Part shown: positions 26,904 to 40,282 of the stretch, piece after piece
Position numbering within the stretch: position 1 is the first letter of the stretch
Layout of the letters: each line of letters opens with the position of its first letter
Origin: Microthyrium microscopicum
Lineage: Eukaryota
Assembly: GCA_010405405.1 (NCBI GenBank)
Contig: MU004240.1
Coordinates: forward strand, 1,208,882-1,272,881
DNA: 64,000 nt
Reading direction: 5' to 3'
The notes under the pieces: model-generated
Seen by the model: the letters and a program-made list of their open reading frames with translations, nothing else
Told to the model about the DNA's origin: nothing
The model's database searches: none
Translations under genes and position numbers: made by a program

Positions 26904-28201
26904 CTATGCTTCGCCTTGGAGCAGAGGTTCGCGCTCGCGGTCGGCGCTGACGACGTGGCCGCGGCCTAGTTCGACACCAGTGGCATCGGGGAAGGCTACA
27001 ATGACGGAGAGGACGAAGAGGACGGCCATGATGGTGAATGCAAAGATCCATTGTAGGGCAACAATGACAGTGAGGAACTGGGAGACACCAAGAGCTGAAA
27101 TATGTTAGCTGTTGGTCTCAATAGTACACAAAGATAGAGCTTACCGGCTGTGAGAGTAGAAAGTGCAAAGCCAACAGACCAATCCTTGAAGGCTACGAGG
27201 TAGAAACCTCCATATACCAACCAGGACCAGATGAACACGTTGGCCACGACACGGGCTGCGACATGATGGGCATTGGTAGCAGCAGCTCCGACCCAGTAGA
27301 GCGAGACAAAGGACCAGGCGAGTGGACCAGCGAGAACAGCAATGTGCTGGATCTTGGGGCTCTTGGGATAAGCAAAGTAGGAAAATGTCAGGTTGAACCA
27401 GTTGACGATGACTAGGAACAACGCCCAGCCAAAGTAGCTACGGCACCAAAGATGGATGATACCGAAGCCGAGCAAGTTGTTGAGTGTGAATGTTGGTGCC
27501 AGATTTATGGCTGATGCAAGCCTTTCTTTGACAAAGAGTTGATAGATATAACCAGCCTGGAAGATGAAGAGGACAATCCTAGTGAGACGTTAGCATCTGC
27601 TCTCAATACTACTTCTAGCCCGAGTTTGCCCAATTGCATATTCGACAACACAGTCGCTCTAATGTGAACATTTTGTGCACTTTCGGAGAATAACATACCA
27701 GTAAATACTGCCAATGACGGGGTTCAATGAGAATGGTGTGTGTTTAAGATGGTTGATTCCCCAAATGGTGCCCGCAAGGCGATGGTAATGATGATGGCCA
27801 TTGTTGAAGTGTGGAGAGCGGAAGTTGTAGTAGATGCTGGTAACGAAGACTAAGAGCCATGAAATTGGAGCAAGAATTCGCCAGAGAAGGATTTTGCGTG
27901 ATGTGTGTTCACCGTCACCCGAGTGCAGAGCTGAGAGGAGGTTAGCTTCTTGTACATTCTCTCGTATCACGGCAATCGTGAGCCGTCAGTCTCATCCAGC
28001 GACTTGGCTGAACACAGAGTTTAAACCACAACTGGGCAACAACCAAATCATGAATCTGTAGATGTTCGTCTCTACAAACGAAATGTTCAAGTGGGGAAAG
28101 AGCTCAGACAGGAATGACGAAGCCGCAGAATTTCCCAATTTAGACTGGAGAGAGAGCTTACCATCACGAGCTTGGTCAACGACAGAACGTTCAGACTCCA
28201 T
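26904..28201 (-). CDS. Multi-pass membrane protein, DUF1774-like, 4 exons
   Basis: Introns 28161-27931, 27698-27579 and about 27144-27093. The product has about seven hydrophobic segments, TPFSLNPVIGSIYW, FKDWSVGFALS and C-terminal DREREPLL. Confidence 0.8.
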
Positions 28202-29280
28202 GTTGATGGTGGGGGTACTTGGAAGGAATGGAAATAGGGCGTGTTGATGAAGCCGAAGAGGATTGGAGGAAGAAGAGAGAGAAGTCAAACAGAGATATGA
28301 GAGAGTTGTATGAATATGGGCAGGCGGCAAAGGGAAAAAGCTTGACAGGCAGCAGGAGTTAAGAGATTGTATGGATTTACAGCAACAGGTTGAGAACGAT
28401 GTCACAGCAGGCATGCACCACTACTGACCAGCTTCTCTCTGCAAACAACAGCTACCAACCTTGTTCTTTCACGAGAATCGGAGGAAGGGCCAATCAGTCA
28501 ATGGACAGAGCGAGAAGTAAAAGCGGGGAAATGAAGATGATGGCAATTGTTCAAAGCACGAAAAAAACAACATTTGCATGAAACTGACCCCACGACCCTG
28601 TTCAGCCAAACACATCTCGCAGATCAACCCGACGTCATTCCTGGTTGGGGTTTTGCACCACCATGCGCGGGCCTGCAGCCTGCTTGAAAGCTCGCCTACA
28701 ACTCCGCTAACATTTCAGATCACGATGTCTGTATGGAGCTAGAGATCGACCCTTCGTCCGCGTGGTCTACAGAGCAAGGCTGAACTTTTCCCTGGTTGGC
28801 TGACTCTGCTCCAATGTCCTCTTATCAGTTCATCTAATTTGGCTCCAAAAGCACTAGCAATATGGCCTATCTTATCAGGCAATGCGCACTTGACAGTTTA
28901 GCTACTGTCCATATTTCGGCCTTGTGCAAAAGCATGGTATCATATGCGAGCAGTTATGCATGCAAGGAATATTTTTATATCTCCATGACAGACTAGTCTT
29001 GTTGCGCTATAGCCATCAAGCAAAACTCTGGATATTAATGTACTTCCATGCCATGTTCCTGAATCCTCATATTCTGGCCTGCATGACTGGTTGAATTTGC
29101 AAGATCGATTAGATCCAGCAGTTCCTGGCGAGGTATTCCAATCATTCGAATAATTCTCTTCCACCAGCTTGAGCTATGGTCAACGCCATGCAGCTTCCAA
29201 GTTATAATCCTTCATGCCAGAGACCGTATCTTCCCTATACCAAATAATCATATATCATATCATCATCCCATAACCAATCC

Positions 29281-29694
29281 TCAACTCCCCTCCCCAGTCA
29301 TCCGTCTCGTTCCCTTTCTCCTCCTCACCTCCTCCCATTCATCACCCTTAATCGCATCCACAACGCCCTCAGCCAGCGGTATGATAGGAGGCTGTTGTCG
29401 TTCCGCGCCATCCGGTCGTTCCGTAAGCGTCGGTGGCCTTGGAGGTTGCCGTCCGCGCGCTCGTCCCCCAATCACTGGTATTTCGTAGGAGATCGAGCGC
29501 CAGAGGTAGAGTAGGACGTCGTAGACTAGTGCGACTATCCAGGGACCGATGAAGAGGATGGCCATGTAGAACTGGGGATGTTAGAGCGGTGCTGGGTGCT
29601 GGCTGGTGGAATGGCTTACGGAGATTGTGGTTACCCAGCTGATTACTGTGGCTAGAAGGCTGCTTATACCAGCGAATGTGTCGGAGAGTGTCAT
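29281..29694 (-). CDS. Small fungal membrane protein, 2 exons
   Basis: ATG at 29694; intron 29619-29572. Product has a transmembrane segment followed by GPWIVALVYDVLLYLWRSISYEIPVIGGRARG..PRPPTLTERPDG. Confidence 0.75.
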
Positions 29695-30184
29695 TGTGGA
29701 GAGGAGATTGGAGGATGTGATCGCATTGGTATCGGGCTTGGAGATGAGTTCGGATGCGGCTCGGATGGTGGTTGAAGGTTTTGGATTATGGTACCAAGTA
29801 ATGGCAGAGACGCCGGTGTTTACGAGGCTGGGAGTAGATAGATCATGGTAGAGAAACTGCAGTTTGCTAGTCAAAAGTATGACTTATTTCGGCAGGCGAG
29901 CTTGTTGCACATGTTTGGTCGGTCGTTTGCTGGAAAGCAGTGAGGTGGGAACGGCAGGCTAGATTGGCAAGAACGCCCGCATTTTAACCATGGTCGCAAG
30001 GCTGAGATAAGTAAACATTGGCAAGCCATGTGGCGCTCAACTCCACCTGCATCGTGACTTTGTATCTTCTTCAATTTCTCTGAGAACGTATGTCTTATCA
30101 CTATTTATAAGCTGGAGGAGTTTCACTGGAAGTTGATGGAATTCTCAGCCACCTCTCGTACTCGTTCTCCATAGAAGACAAAAC

Positions 30185-31046
30185 ATGTCATCTCACCCCT
30201 ATTACCCACCAGACATTGCTCTCCCAAATTACGTCCCCAATGACAAGCACCCACTACTTTTGATCGCAGTTCTAGCCCTCTGGGCCGTCAGTATCATCTC
30301 TTCAGCATGGTGGATAATCGGTTTTCTTCAACCGACCTTGTCTGTCCGCGACAGACGAATATCTGTCTGGTTTGTAATGTGTATGTCACTGCTAAACTGC
30401 CAGTTCATTTCAAGGCTGATGACATTAACTAGGCGGGATTCTGCATATTGGGTTCGAAGGCTACTATGTTTGCAATGCTCGCACCATAACTAGCCAACAG
30501 ACCATCTGGGCCCAGTTATGGAAGGAGTACTCTCTATCGGATTCACGATATCTTCTTGTTGACTACAAAGTCATTTGCCTGGAAGCAATCACAGTGGTAA
30601 GCGCACTACTCAGATACTCGGTCGTCAATCTTACTTGACGGGACTTCGAGCACCTATTTTATGTCACTAGATCCGCTGCTGACTCTTCCAGCTATTCTGG
30701 GGTCCCCTCTCCCTCCTGACGGCATATTGGACAGTCAAACATGATACTCGCCGGTTGCTTTTGCAAACCGTCGTATGCATCGCTCATATATATGGCTGCA
30801 CGCTGTATTATGCTACTAGTTTAGTGGAGCTGGTAGTCGACGGCCGACTTTATTCTCGTCCAGAGCCGCTGTACTTCTGGGGATACTTTGTTGGCATGAA
30901 CGCACCATTCATAATAATACCCGGATGTGAGTAGCTTGTTAGTTCGCAATGATATGACTGGCTGATGAAGTATAGATCTGCTATATTTGGCTTTTGAGGA
31001 GACAGTGACGGAATCTCGACGTGTTTCTATAACGAAATATACATAA
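30185..31046 (+). CDS. Emopamil-binding protein (EBP) family, sterol delta8-delta7 isomerase-like, 4 exons
   Basis: Motifs HPYYP, LHIGFEGYY, QLWKEYSLSDSRY, CLEAITVLFWGPLS, HIYGCTLYYAT and YFWGYFVGMNAPFIIIP. Confidence 0.9.
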
Positions 31047-31427
31047 CATGGCCTATCAGCACAGCAACACACTCACAATAACATCTTGTCGACTCTGACA
31101 AAATCATAACTTGATAACTTCTGGGATACTTTCAAAAGCTCTTCTCGGTCGAATCTGTCGCAATATCCGCTCACTTCGCCATATCATCCACCCATACGCA
31201 GCACCAACAGACAGGGAATGAACGAACCGATAAAACCAATCATTCAAATAGATTTCATAGCCACATAACTCATCAAACCACATTCCCAACGCCCCATATT
31301 TTCCATATATATCCCAATGACCCAGGTATATCCACCAAAACTCCCTTAAACACAATCACCCAATCCCCCCTCTTTCCCCATCACCCTCTTTCCCCTAAGT
31401 CCTCCCCATATCCCCATCTTCACCAAC

Positions 31428-32048
31428 CTACAACAACAAAACCGCAACACCAACAGCCCCAACCAACGCACCAACAGTCGCACCCACCAAATTCAGCTTC
31501 CCCGCCTCACTCTTCGCCTTCTTCCCACCGCTCGGCGTCGGCCCAAGATCTTCATTCCACACACTCTTTGCCGCCTTTTGGTTGACTTCCATAAAGTGCT
31601 TGATGTCCTTGGGCAGGTGCTTGTACCAGTCTGGCGGGGAAGTTTCGAGCGCTTTGTGCACGCTGGAGGGGTTGGTTTTTAGGGCGTCGCGGTAGGTTTC
31701 TGGGACGGCGGTTTTTAGGACGCCGCGCATGGATGTGTAGAGGGGGTCGTTCTGAGGGGCTTTTGTTAGTATGGAGGTGGAAAGAGGTGTCTGGGAAAAG
31801 GGGAAAGGTGGTGAAGAGTTGTGACTTACGCGGACTCTGGAGTGGAGGGATCGCATGTCTGCGTGGTATTTTGACATTTGCTCTGGACTGTATGATGTGG
31901 ATGTCGTGGCTGTTGTTGTGACAGTGTGGTCGGCGCGAGCAGCGAGGCGTGGTGCTGCGCTGGTGTGTGGTGCTTCATCGCCGTCTGGGCCATGGGCGGT
32001 GGTGAGGCTGGCGAGGAGTGCGGTTGTGAGGATTGCTTTGAATTGCAT
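31428..32048 (-). CDS. Secreted, probably GPI-anchored small cell-surface protein
   Basis: Signal peptide MQFKAILTTALLASLTTA, a Thr-rich stretch, PDWYKHLPKDIK and a hydrophobic C-terminus. A 78-nt in-frame GT-AG intron lies at 31829-31752. Confidence 0.8.
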   Translation of the reverse strand: MQFKAILTTALLASLTTAHGPDGDEAPHTSAAPRLAARADHTVTTTATTSTSYSPEQMSKYHADMRSLHSRVRVSHNSSPPFPFSQTPLSTSILTKAPQNDPLYTSMRGVLKTAVPETYRDALKTNPSSVHKALETSPPDWYKHLPKDIKHFMEVNQKAAKSVWNEDLGPTPSGGKKAKSEAGKLNLVGATVGALVGAVGVAVLLL

Positions 32049-33436
32049 CGTGTCGATTGGTGGAGAAAGTTGTTATGGTGTTAATGGTGCTTTCCAAGTT
32101 CTGGTTTCTTTTGTTCTGATCTGGTGAAGCGGCGAGCGTAGTTGAGAAGGAAGTTCGTAGAGTATCGAGCGGAGTCGAGCCCCGTAAGGCAAACAAGAGT
32201 TGTTAAAAAGACGATTTGCTGATGGTGGTTATCAGAGTCGTTCTAATGCTATACATGCCACCAACAACTCCAGGCAGAATCGGGGTTTCGACGGTATAGT
32301 TTTTCAGTGTCTTAGATGATGGCTTTAAGACCCTTTCACCAGGTATTGGATATATTCAAGCCCAGTTTCATCATCCAACCCCAAGCTCTTGTTTCTGCCC
32401 TAGCTGAAAGACTAAAGTTCGATAAGCGGCTGGCAGACGGCAATAGCGGTATAAGATAGATTTGTATTCGATTTTGTTTGTTGGCGATATGAAAACCTGT
32501 CAGTGATGAAGGATGGAGATTCACAATGTCGTATGTCAGTGAGGAGGCCACAATCAGTGACCCGCCCTGGCATTCATTCTTAATTCTCCTCGATTAGCAG
32601 GCCTGTTATCCGCTCCAATACCTGGGATTCAAATGTCAAGTGTTGCGTATGGCGAAGCGCATATAAATTAAATAGGGTAGGTCATTGCGCTATTGCACAC
32701 TGCTGTGAGTGGCTACTTTTGAAACGATTATATTCTGCATGCACGAAACATCTATCCGGCGCAGTGGCAACGCATGCTTTTCGATAGTATTGGCCAGTTA
32801 GACGTGCAGCTGGTCAACGTCAATGTTAGATGAAGGCCAGGCTAGATCGACTAGAATGGTAACCCTGGTACTACTGGCTTGATTCCTTTGATTCCATCTG
32901 GCGAGATATTTCCGGTTGGCTAGCAAGAGGATGGCAAAAAAGGTATATTGAAATGACAGAACCCCAGTTCTTAATAATCTAAAGGGCTCGATTTCTTGGC
33001 TGAGATGACCGCCATGGATGCTGTGCAAATTCTGGCTAATCCGAGCTTCTTTGATTGCTTGTACTCCAAAAATCCATCAGACTTTTGGGGTCGTGATCCA
33101 AAACTATTGACCGCACATGCCACGGTGAAGTCAATTACTACGGGCCGCGTACTCTCTTCCACATGGAATATCCAGGTTGTTCCCTTCCAGTAGAGACCCT
33201 GATGTTCTGTAGTAGTAATCGTCATGGCAAAAACGCCAGCATAGGGATATATTCAAGATTCTACAGTAGAATCCATCCATGGCGAGAAATTTTTAGGTAG
33301 AAAGGCTCCATCCATGCATGATATTATCCAGCACACCTCTTCAAAACACTCGCATAGTTACATTTATTACATCTTTCTGTGCTATCAGTTGTTAGTTTGA
33401 GATTTCTTTCAAAGTCGGGGTGAAATCGCCCAACAA

Positions 33437-33504
33437 CCATCGCATTCGACGGCAACCATATCACGTTTAGAAACACTTTCTATGAGAGCCATCGAATGCA
33501 ACGG
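33437..33504. repeat. Dispersed hairpin element, short type, downstream of SSH4
   Basis: CCATCGCATTCGACGGCAACCATA...TATGAGAGCCATCGAATGCAACGG. Clearly similar to 33911-33980. Confidence 0.8.
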
Positions 33505-33605
33505 TATGAACGGCTGGAACCTTACCTGTCTGGAGGGCTACTTGAGTAATGTCATATTCGAGTCGTAATCGTGTCATTTCACATAATGTTCTCCATAAGA
33601 GGCTA

Positions 33606-35136
33606 TCACCTCCTAGGCAATTGCCTGTTCCGACCCTCAGCTATCGCCGCGGCATAGCTAGGAATGGGATATTCAGGGGCTTGTTCAGAGTCCGGTGAGC
33701 TTTTCGGGCTTTCATAGTCTGGAGGTGCATCGTCGTGTTGATGACCATAAGCACTACTTCCTTCCCCACCGTCCTCGGTATGCGAATCGACGAGACTGAG
33801 TTGAGCTAATGAGATATCGGTTGGAGATCTTTGTGGTCCGGGGCTTTGGGGAGGCCTACAATCCGTTAGTATACGACTCGATGAGATCAAGCTATGAAAC
33901 ATCGCATATCCCATCACATTCGATGGCAACCATAGCACTCGAATAGAAACGCCTTCTATGGTAGTAATCTAATGTGATGGCAGATACGATTTTTTGAATC
34001 TCACCTTGTGCCAAGCCGAAGCTGATTGCTGTTCGTTCGTCCATGGCTATAATGGTAGGGACCAGTCAAGACATGTGGCACGCCGCTGTTGCGATCGTTT
34101 TCTCGGCCACCCTCAAGAAGGATGCTCCCTTGCTCACTTCCGTATGGAGGTGGCGGAGCAAGACTTCCTGATGCAGGTGCCAGGCCCCATTTCTTCACGT
34201 TTGCTTCGATAAAAACAAATCCGAGTTGTCCGAAATTGACATGAACTCTGCAAGGTCCATTTGCGCCAACTGTCGGAAAGAAATTTTGCGTCTTTAGACC
34301 GTGAGCAACGTCGTCAAGCTTCTTGCCATTTCGAGTGAAGAAGATGGTGCCAGATCGAGGTCGATAGCCGATTCCAATAACGTCACCTTGGAGAAATTCT
34401 GGTCCATATGGTGTTGGATTAAATGGTTGATTGTGTCTCCGAGCTCCGTCGCAGCCATAAGCTATCGAGTGTTTGTGCATACCTACAGCCTGATTAGCAC
34501 ATTTGTAAGCAGGAATAATGAGGCTCTTTACCAGGCAGTCGAAAAAGGGGATAGGGTTTTGTTGTCAGTCCAACGCTAACCATAGTTGAATCGGGTTTGT
34601 CGTATATCTTCGCCTCCCAGTAATATACTTCGTTTTGTTTCGGTATAGGAAGGTTGCTTTGTACGGTACATTCAGCGTCAAAGAACTCAATCTCGGTCCG
34701 GCCCTCGACAAAACAGTTTGCAATCTCCAGTTCTGGTTCAAATTCCCATGCTGAAACTCCCTTTTCTTGAATTGCGAGGAACTGCGATAGGGATATGTCT
34801 GTCTGGACGGATTCGGGCGGGTTTGCTTGCACAAATGCTGCAAAATAGTTAGTTGACTGATGGAGGTAAGAGCTAGAATATATAGGTACCCTTGGCTCTG
34901 TTGTATTCCATGCGCTGTATGTCGTCCATGACCTCTAAGGCTTCCGCTTCTTCGCGGAGGAACGCTTGCTCGTCGTCATATTCGCCTGGGCGACCGATCC
35001 GATCCAGAAATATGCGACCAGTGGGAGTGTATTGGAAGAACCATACGGCAACGAGTATTATCGCGACAACTCCAGCAGATCCGAAGGCAGATAACAATCC
35101 AATTAGGATGCCCTTGGCCGTTGAATCGTCAGCCAT
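33606..35136 (-). CDS. SSH4: SPRY-domain Rsp5 adaptor (Ssh4/Ear1 family), 4 exons
   Basis: N-terminal transmembrane segment, SPRY core (YYWEAKIY, LTTKPYPLFRLPG, GDVIGIGYRPRSGTIFFTRNGKKL, VNFGQLGFVFIEANVKKWGLAP) and PY motifs PPPPY and PPDY. Confidence 0.92.
33911..33980. repeat. Dispersed 70-bp hairpin element inside SSH4 intron 3 (34004-33856)
   Basis: Perfect 10-bp terminal arms CCATCACATT/AATGTGATGG plus an inner CCATAG/CTATGG stem. Its reverse complement matches 40741-40810 at 55 of 70 positions, ungapped. Confidence 0.88.
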
Positions 35137-35379
35137 GGTAGTGTTTGCGGGGATATCTAGGGACAAAGCGATGGAGATGGCGGCGCTAATGGAGGGTTGG
35201 AGGGTATGAGGATAGGCGGATGATGGTAGGTGGTCACGTTGGGTGGTGAAATTAAGATGGAAGGAGTAGTGGGTGAGCGGGACCAAAGTTGTGGTCTCAG
35301 GATGCGAGGCGAGGGCCAAAGGGCTATGATGCTGGCTGTTCTGGCGTCAAAATAAGCGACCCCATTTTGAACCATACTC

Positions 35380-35797
35380 CCATCAGATGCGTTGCCTACC
35401 ATCGCACTTCTCTTTAAAACGAGTGCTCTGGTTCCCATCGAGTGCGTTAAATATTTTTGATATCCGCAGATACAAAACACTCGACCTTCAGTTTGAACAT
35501 TACTCCCTTCAACTACGATATCTACCATAGCACTTCTTGAAGAACGTTGCTTTGGGCTACACCGAGTAAGTTAAATGTGTCTTATCATTGGATAGGATGA
35601 AGATTGAGACTCTTCAGGTATCTACAATCGAAGTTTTCTAGCATCAAAGAAAGTGTTATGTCAGATCGAAGCCTTGGGTATTCGCCACGTCGGCGTCAAC
35701 ATAAGCAAGCAATGTCGGATGCTTTCTCTCAGCACTATGATGTCTACCACATGATGCGCTAATAATCGAGCGCTTTGAGCTCCATCAACTACTTAAA
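35380..35797. repeat. Cluster of three degenerate hairpin-element copies upstream of SSH4
   Basis: Copies at about 35380-35450, 35506-35576 and 35727-35797. The first two share CTACCAT(C/A)GCACTTCT; the first and third share CGAG(T/C)GCT...CCATC. Confidence 0.65.
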
Positions 35798-37053
35798 AAG
35801 ACTCTCAAGGCTATGGAATACAATATGAACTCAGAGTTTACCCAATTTTGAAGTGTTACAATCGATATTGTAGGTAGTTAACTAGAGTGTAGCACTTTAA
35901 AGTACTCTGTTACTTGTAACCAAGTGGCTCGCTTATTTTGACGTGCTGGAGGCAGCTTTGAGGTCGATGCATGCGACCTGCCCTGGCCAACGGATGGGTT
36001 GGTTGGTTTGAATGGTTTGGAGAAGCAATATCTCTCAGTCCACCTCCTTCCCGATGCTCATCAATGAGCCATTATGGATGCAGTGTGTGCAAGCAAGAGT
36101 GCTTTATTAGTGGGAGACTTGGAAAGTTGGGATGGAGCAATTCCAAGGCGGGCAAGCATCGCAAGCAACAGAAACAAGGAAGAGTCAAGAGGCAGGCTCA
36201 GACCGCTCAGTGAAACTTGATTCTTGCTTAGCATTACTTTTTGTCCCACTGGCCGAGCCCACGGTTTGTAGGCTTTGTAGCTCACGAGCTTCGTAGTTGT
36301 CATATGAATTTCTATATCATTTTCCTGTTCGTGACTCTCTCCTTCTTTTGTCATGTTGGAACAGCAACCGAAAATCATAGTCGCACCAAAAGGGGGAAAG
36401 GCAACCTGATTGATCAAAGTGCTGTGTCAGAACATGAAACCATTATTTGAAATGGCCATGCCGCCTTTCACGATGCGCTGTTTAGACGCGCTGAAACAAG
36501 ATACAAAATCGTGATCCAGCCATTCCTTACATTGTAACGAAGGCAGCTCTCGTGCCAATACGCCCAACTCGACGTATGCGGAGATGCTTCTAGAAAGTGT
36601 TTTGGTCTCTCAATACGACGAACATCATCATAACGTCAAAAAGATGTCATCTCTTCTGTACTCGACATTATGCCATACTTTTGAGAACCTGGAGCAGAGC
36701 ATTTACTCCAGAGTGCATATCGTACAAGCACAAGGCTCACTGGCTGAGCGAAATGAGCTCTAATGCCCCCTCACTTGAGTATTGTGTAGCCCCCTCCCAG
36801 ATCTTGACCTAACTTCATCACCTTGAAGGTTGTGACCTCAACTGGATGCTTTCACCTGGAACAGTCAACAAATAGAGGCTCAGGGCGTCCCAACACTTTT
36901 TATTTGCCCCTACTCCTCTATCCGCGGCCTCAAACCCCAGCCACTACCTCAACACGCCATTTCCAGTACATCTAAACGATTATCTTACAAACCGCATCCT
37001 CTCCAGAGTCATCCACCAACACTTAGAGAGATTCTTTATAACCGACCGCCATC

Positions 37054-37713
37054 ATGCCTGGAGTATGTTCTTTCCGCCATTTCAAGGGCTCTATCGTCGC
37101 AATATCCCATACTAACCACAACCAAAGATGGAACCACGCATGCGCCCACGCATTCCCGGCCCGCAATTCAACACACAAGACCGTACTGTTCTCCACCCAT
37201 CGCCTCCACCTCACAACTAACATCACCTTAGTATCAGTTTTCCTGACCGGCTTTGGCGACGACATGAACCCCCTCCCCTCCACAATCCGCATCCTCGACG
37301 AAATCGCCACCGACTATGTAATAGAAATGTGCCACGAAGCCGAAATGCACGCCCGCTACGCTGGCCGCGCAAAGATAAAAGTTGACGATTTCAATTTCGC
37401 ACTCCGCCACGACTCTGTCAAACTCGGCCGTTCAACGGAGCTGCTGAATACGGACAAGCATTTAAAGGCGCAGCGAAGACAGTTTGAGCTGCCACCGGAA
37501 GCACTTGCGACAAAAAAGGTTATGGATGATGATGCGGGTGGCAAGGGTGCTGGGAAAGGGGGGAAGGGTAGGAAGCGAGCGAGAATAGAAGTGGGGGAAG
37601 ACGATATTGATGTCAATGGAATGGATGATGTGTTGAGCAACGATGGCTCTCAAAAGAGTTCAAATTCGAAGCGGGTCAAGTCTGAGGCCGGTTCGCAGGT
37701 TTCGGCGACCTGA
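37054..37713 (+). CDS. TAF13: TFIID subunit 13 (histone fold), 3 exons
   Basis: Motif [31 protein letters not shown]...[19 protein letters not shown]. Introns 37063-37127 and 37183-37231. Confidence 0.9.
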   Translation: MPGVCSFRHFKGSIVAISHTNHNQRWNHACAHAFPARNSTHKTVLFSTHRLHLTTNITLVSVFLTGFGDDMNPLPSTIRILDEIATDYVIEMCHEAEMHARYAGRAKIKVDDFNFALRHDSVKLGRSTELLNTDKHLKAQRRQFELPPEALATKKVMDDDAGGKGAGKGGKGRKRARIEVGEDDIDVNGMDDVLSNDGSQKSSNSKRVKSEAGSQVSAT

Positions 37714-37885
37714 AGTGAGAAAATTGTGCATAGCGTGGATTATGGGCGTTGACGGTTATGATACCCTTTGATATTTGTTTGTGGTGGAAGGACTTGGTAT
37801 TCTCAAGCTTTAATATATACATAACAGGATGCAGAAGTGTGCCTAATTTGTGTGTTATTCCGCCCCTTTGGTATACTGGAAACTC

Positions 37886-38785
37886 CTTACTTCCTATACC
37901 ACATCCGTGTAATCTACCAACACGGTTAGCAAGTAGCCTACACATAGTTTTGCGCAGTGGACTAACCTTTGTATGTCTCATCTTCTTCTGAAGTTGAAAA
38001 ATGCCAAACATGAGCGCCTCACTTGTTGGTGGACAACCCGGTACGTAAACATCCACCGGTACAATTCGATCGCATCCGCGCGTCACTGAATAGCTGTAAT
38101 GGTAATATCCACCACCATTTGCACAGCTACCCATAGAAATCACCCATCGTGGATCTGGCATCTGATCATAAACCTGCCGCAATGCCGGCGCCATCTTGTT
38201 GGTCAGCGTGCCCGCTACAATCATCACGTCCGACTGTCTTGGAGATGCACGGAAAATGATTCCTAGTCTGTCTTGATCGTATCGCGGTGTCGAGAGATGC
38301 ATCATTTCGATAGCACAGCAGGCCAGTCCAAAGGTCATGGGCCAGAGAGAGCCTGTCCTTCGTTAGCTTTTCCACCGTCAGAGCAGAGATATTGGCGGAA
38401 TGTGTACCTTGACGAGCCCAATTGGCGACTTGATCGAGTGTCGTTCTAGAAAGTATTAGTACTAAAGTGATTGAAAAGCACTATGGCATACAAGGCGTAT
38501 TGGATAGCGCTCTTAGGTTGTTCTTGGCTGGGAAGAGGCACTTCGGCGCGGTTTTTCCGTAGAGCGGTCGAGGAACTGGGCTCAATAGCGTGAGCTTCGG
38601 CGTGTTTGTGAGATGTATTTGATATAAAAGCAACGGAAGGTATTCTGAAGGATATGAGGGCTCTGGCGGTCGGTCGAGCTTTATCTTTGGCGTTAGATGT
38701 GTGCTTGTTTGAAGGGGCGATTGGTGGTGGTCTGAGGCTTACCGCGCAGCGCCATTGAGGCTGTTGACCGAACAGGTCCTAGCAT
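37886..38785 (-). CDS. NDUFS7: NADH:ubiquinone oxidoreductase 20 kDa / PSST subunit, mitochondrial, 5 exons
   Basis: Motifs [36 protein letters not shown] and [11 protein letters not shown]. Ends ITRMWYRK*. N-terminal presequence begins at 38785. Confidence 0.97.
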
Positions 38786-39052
38786 CTTGAATATGAATCT
38801 ATGATTTCGGCCTGAGAAGATTGACAAAGAAAAGGAGCGGAGAGTGTGTGTGGCGAACAGCGTTGTGGGGGAGACTTTTGAGATGTCGTTGACGATTGAC
38901 CGCCAAGACTTTGTGCTCGTCAAAGCTCTCTCACCAATAAGCGTCTCTCCAACTCCAATTCCTATGACCCGCGAGATCGGTCATCAAACAGCATTGTTTG
39001 GACTTGCAAAGGTGTCGAATGAATTTATGAAGCCTCTTAAATCATCATAAAA

Positions 39053-39672
39053 ATGGCAAGCAGACTACCCGGCATCGCATGCATTTCAGTCATCGGCAAG
39101 CAGGTCTGTTCACCACTCAGGGGCTTTCAAGGCCCGCAGGCTCACAGTTACATAGAATAATCCTCTACTCATCTCACTATTTCCACAAGAGCAAAGAGAC
39201 CCATTGGAGTTTTCGTTCTTGCTCTCATCATGTCTCGACATTTTCGAGACGCGAGCGCCTTTCAAGACTGCCGACCAAGATTTTGGATTACTCCAAGCAG
39301 TCGACGAGCGGCTTGCCATGTACGGGTGGCAGACCAACACGCGCGTCAAGTTCGTAATTGTTGTTGATATGGCGGCTCGAGTCTCTCGAGATACGAAAGC
39401 GAACGTCGCTGCAGGAATTCGCGATGCCGACTTGAAGCCAGTATGTTGGTCTCATCATATTTGCGGCCATGACATCTAACGACTCGAAGGCATTCCGAGC
39501 TATTCAAGCAGCTTACATCAATTTATTACGAAACCCATTCTACACTCCTGATGAGCCGGTTGCTCCTGGATCAGAGCAGAAGGTTCCCTCTGCTCAGATC
39601 ACCAGCCCAGCCTTTGTCAAAGAGATCAGGAGAATTGCAGAGGTCTGGGTGCCTGGAATTGCCGCCATTTGA
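39053..39672 (+). CDS. TRAPP complex subunit 2-like (sedlin family), 3 exons
   Basis: Spliced product contains IACISVIGKQNNPLLI, DFGLLQAVDERLAMYGWQTNTRVKFVIVVD and FRAIQAAYINLLRNPFY. Confidence 0.88.
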
Positions 39673-40181
39673 TAACCTCGCATTTCCTTGTTGCAGTCAC
39701 CTTAGAAGTTATCTGGGTTCAGAAGCCGAGCCCTATATTCGCTGATTCAGTAGATGTTCAGGCTCTTGAGCTCACTAATATCAGCTGGCAGCTGATAACA
39801 TTTCGATAGCCTGGAGCTAGTGCCACTTCAGCCTTCAAGTAGCCACTAATCGATTCAATTGCTAGCTGTGTGACAAAAACAAACTTCGGGCAAACAGGAG
39901 AAACATGTTCCGGATACTACAAGACTGCCGGTAGATCTCTGGAAAACACAAAGAAAGCCCACAGGGCTGTCAAAGTCTTCATTCACTGTTGGTCTTAAAT
40001 TCAAGACTACATTGCACCTTACACCGCGAGATCATTTCTGGACACATACAAAGTTATGACGGACCCTTACCGAAAAAAAGGATATGGTATCACTGAATGG
40101 GACCTATAAGAGCTCTTATCCATATTTCGAAGGACGCACACAACACCACATGTCTTGACGTACCATTAATTTGATACCATA

Positions 40182-40282
40182 CCCAACAACTTCGCTGGCT
40201 TCCATATGCTTCGTTCTATTATCGAGTGCTTTCTTTCCCAGAGACGGTCTTGAGTTCCTGCCATTGTATCAAATACGATGGG
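40182..40282. repeat. Dispersed hairpin element, long (about 100 bp) type, upstream of the permease
   Basis: Colinear with 41632-41730; shared blocks TATCGAG..CTTT.TTTCCCA and CATT.TATC.AAT.C.ATGG. Confidence 0.65.
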
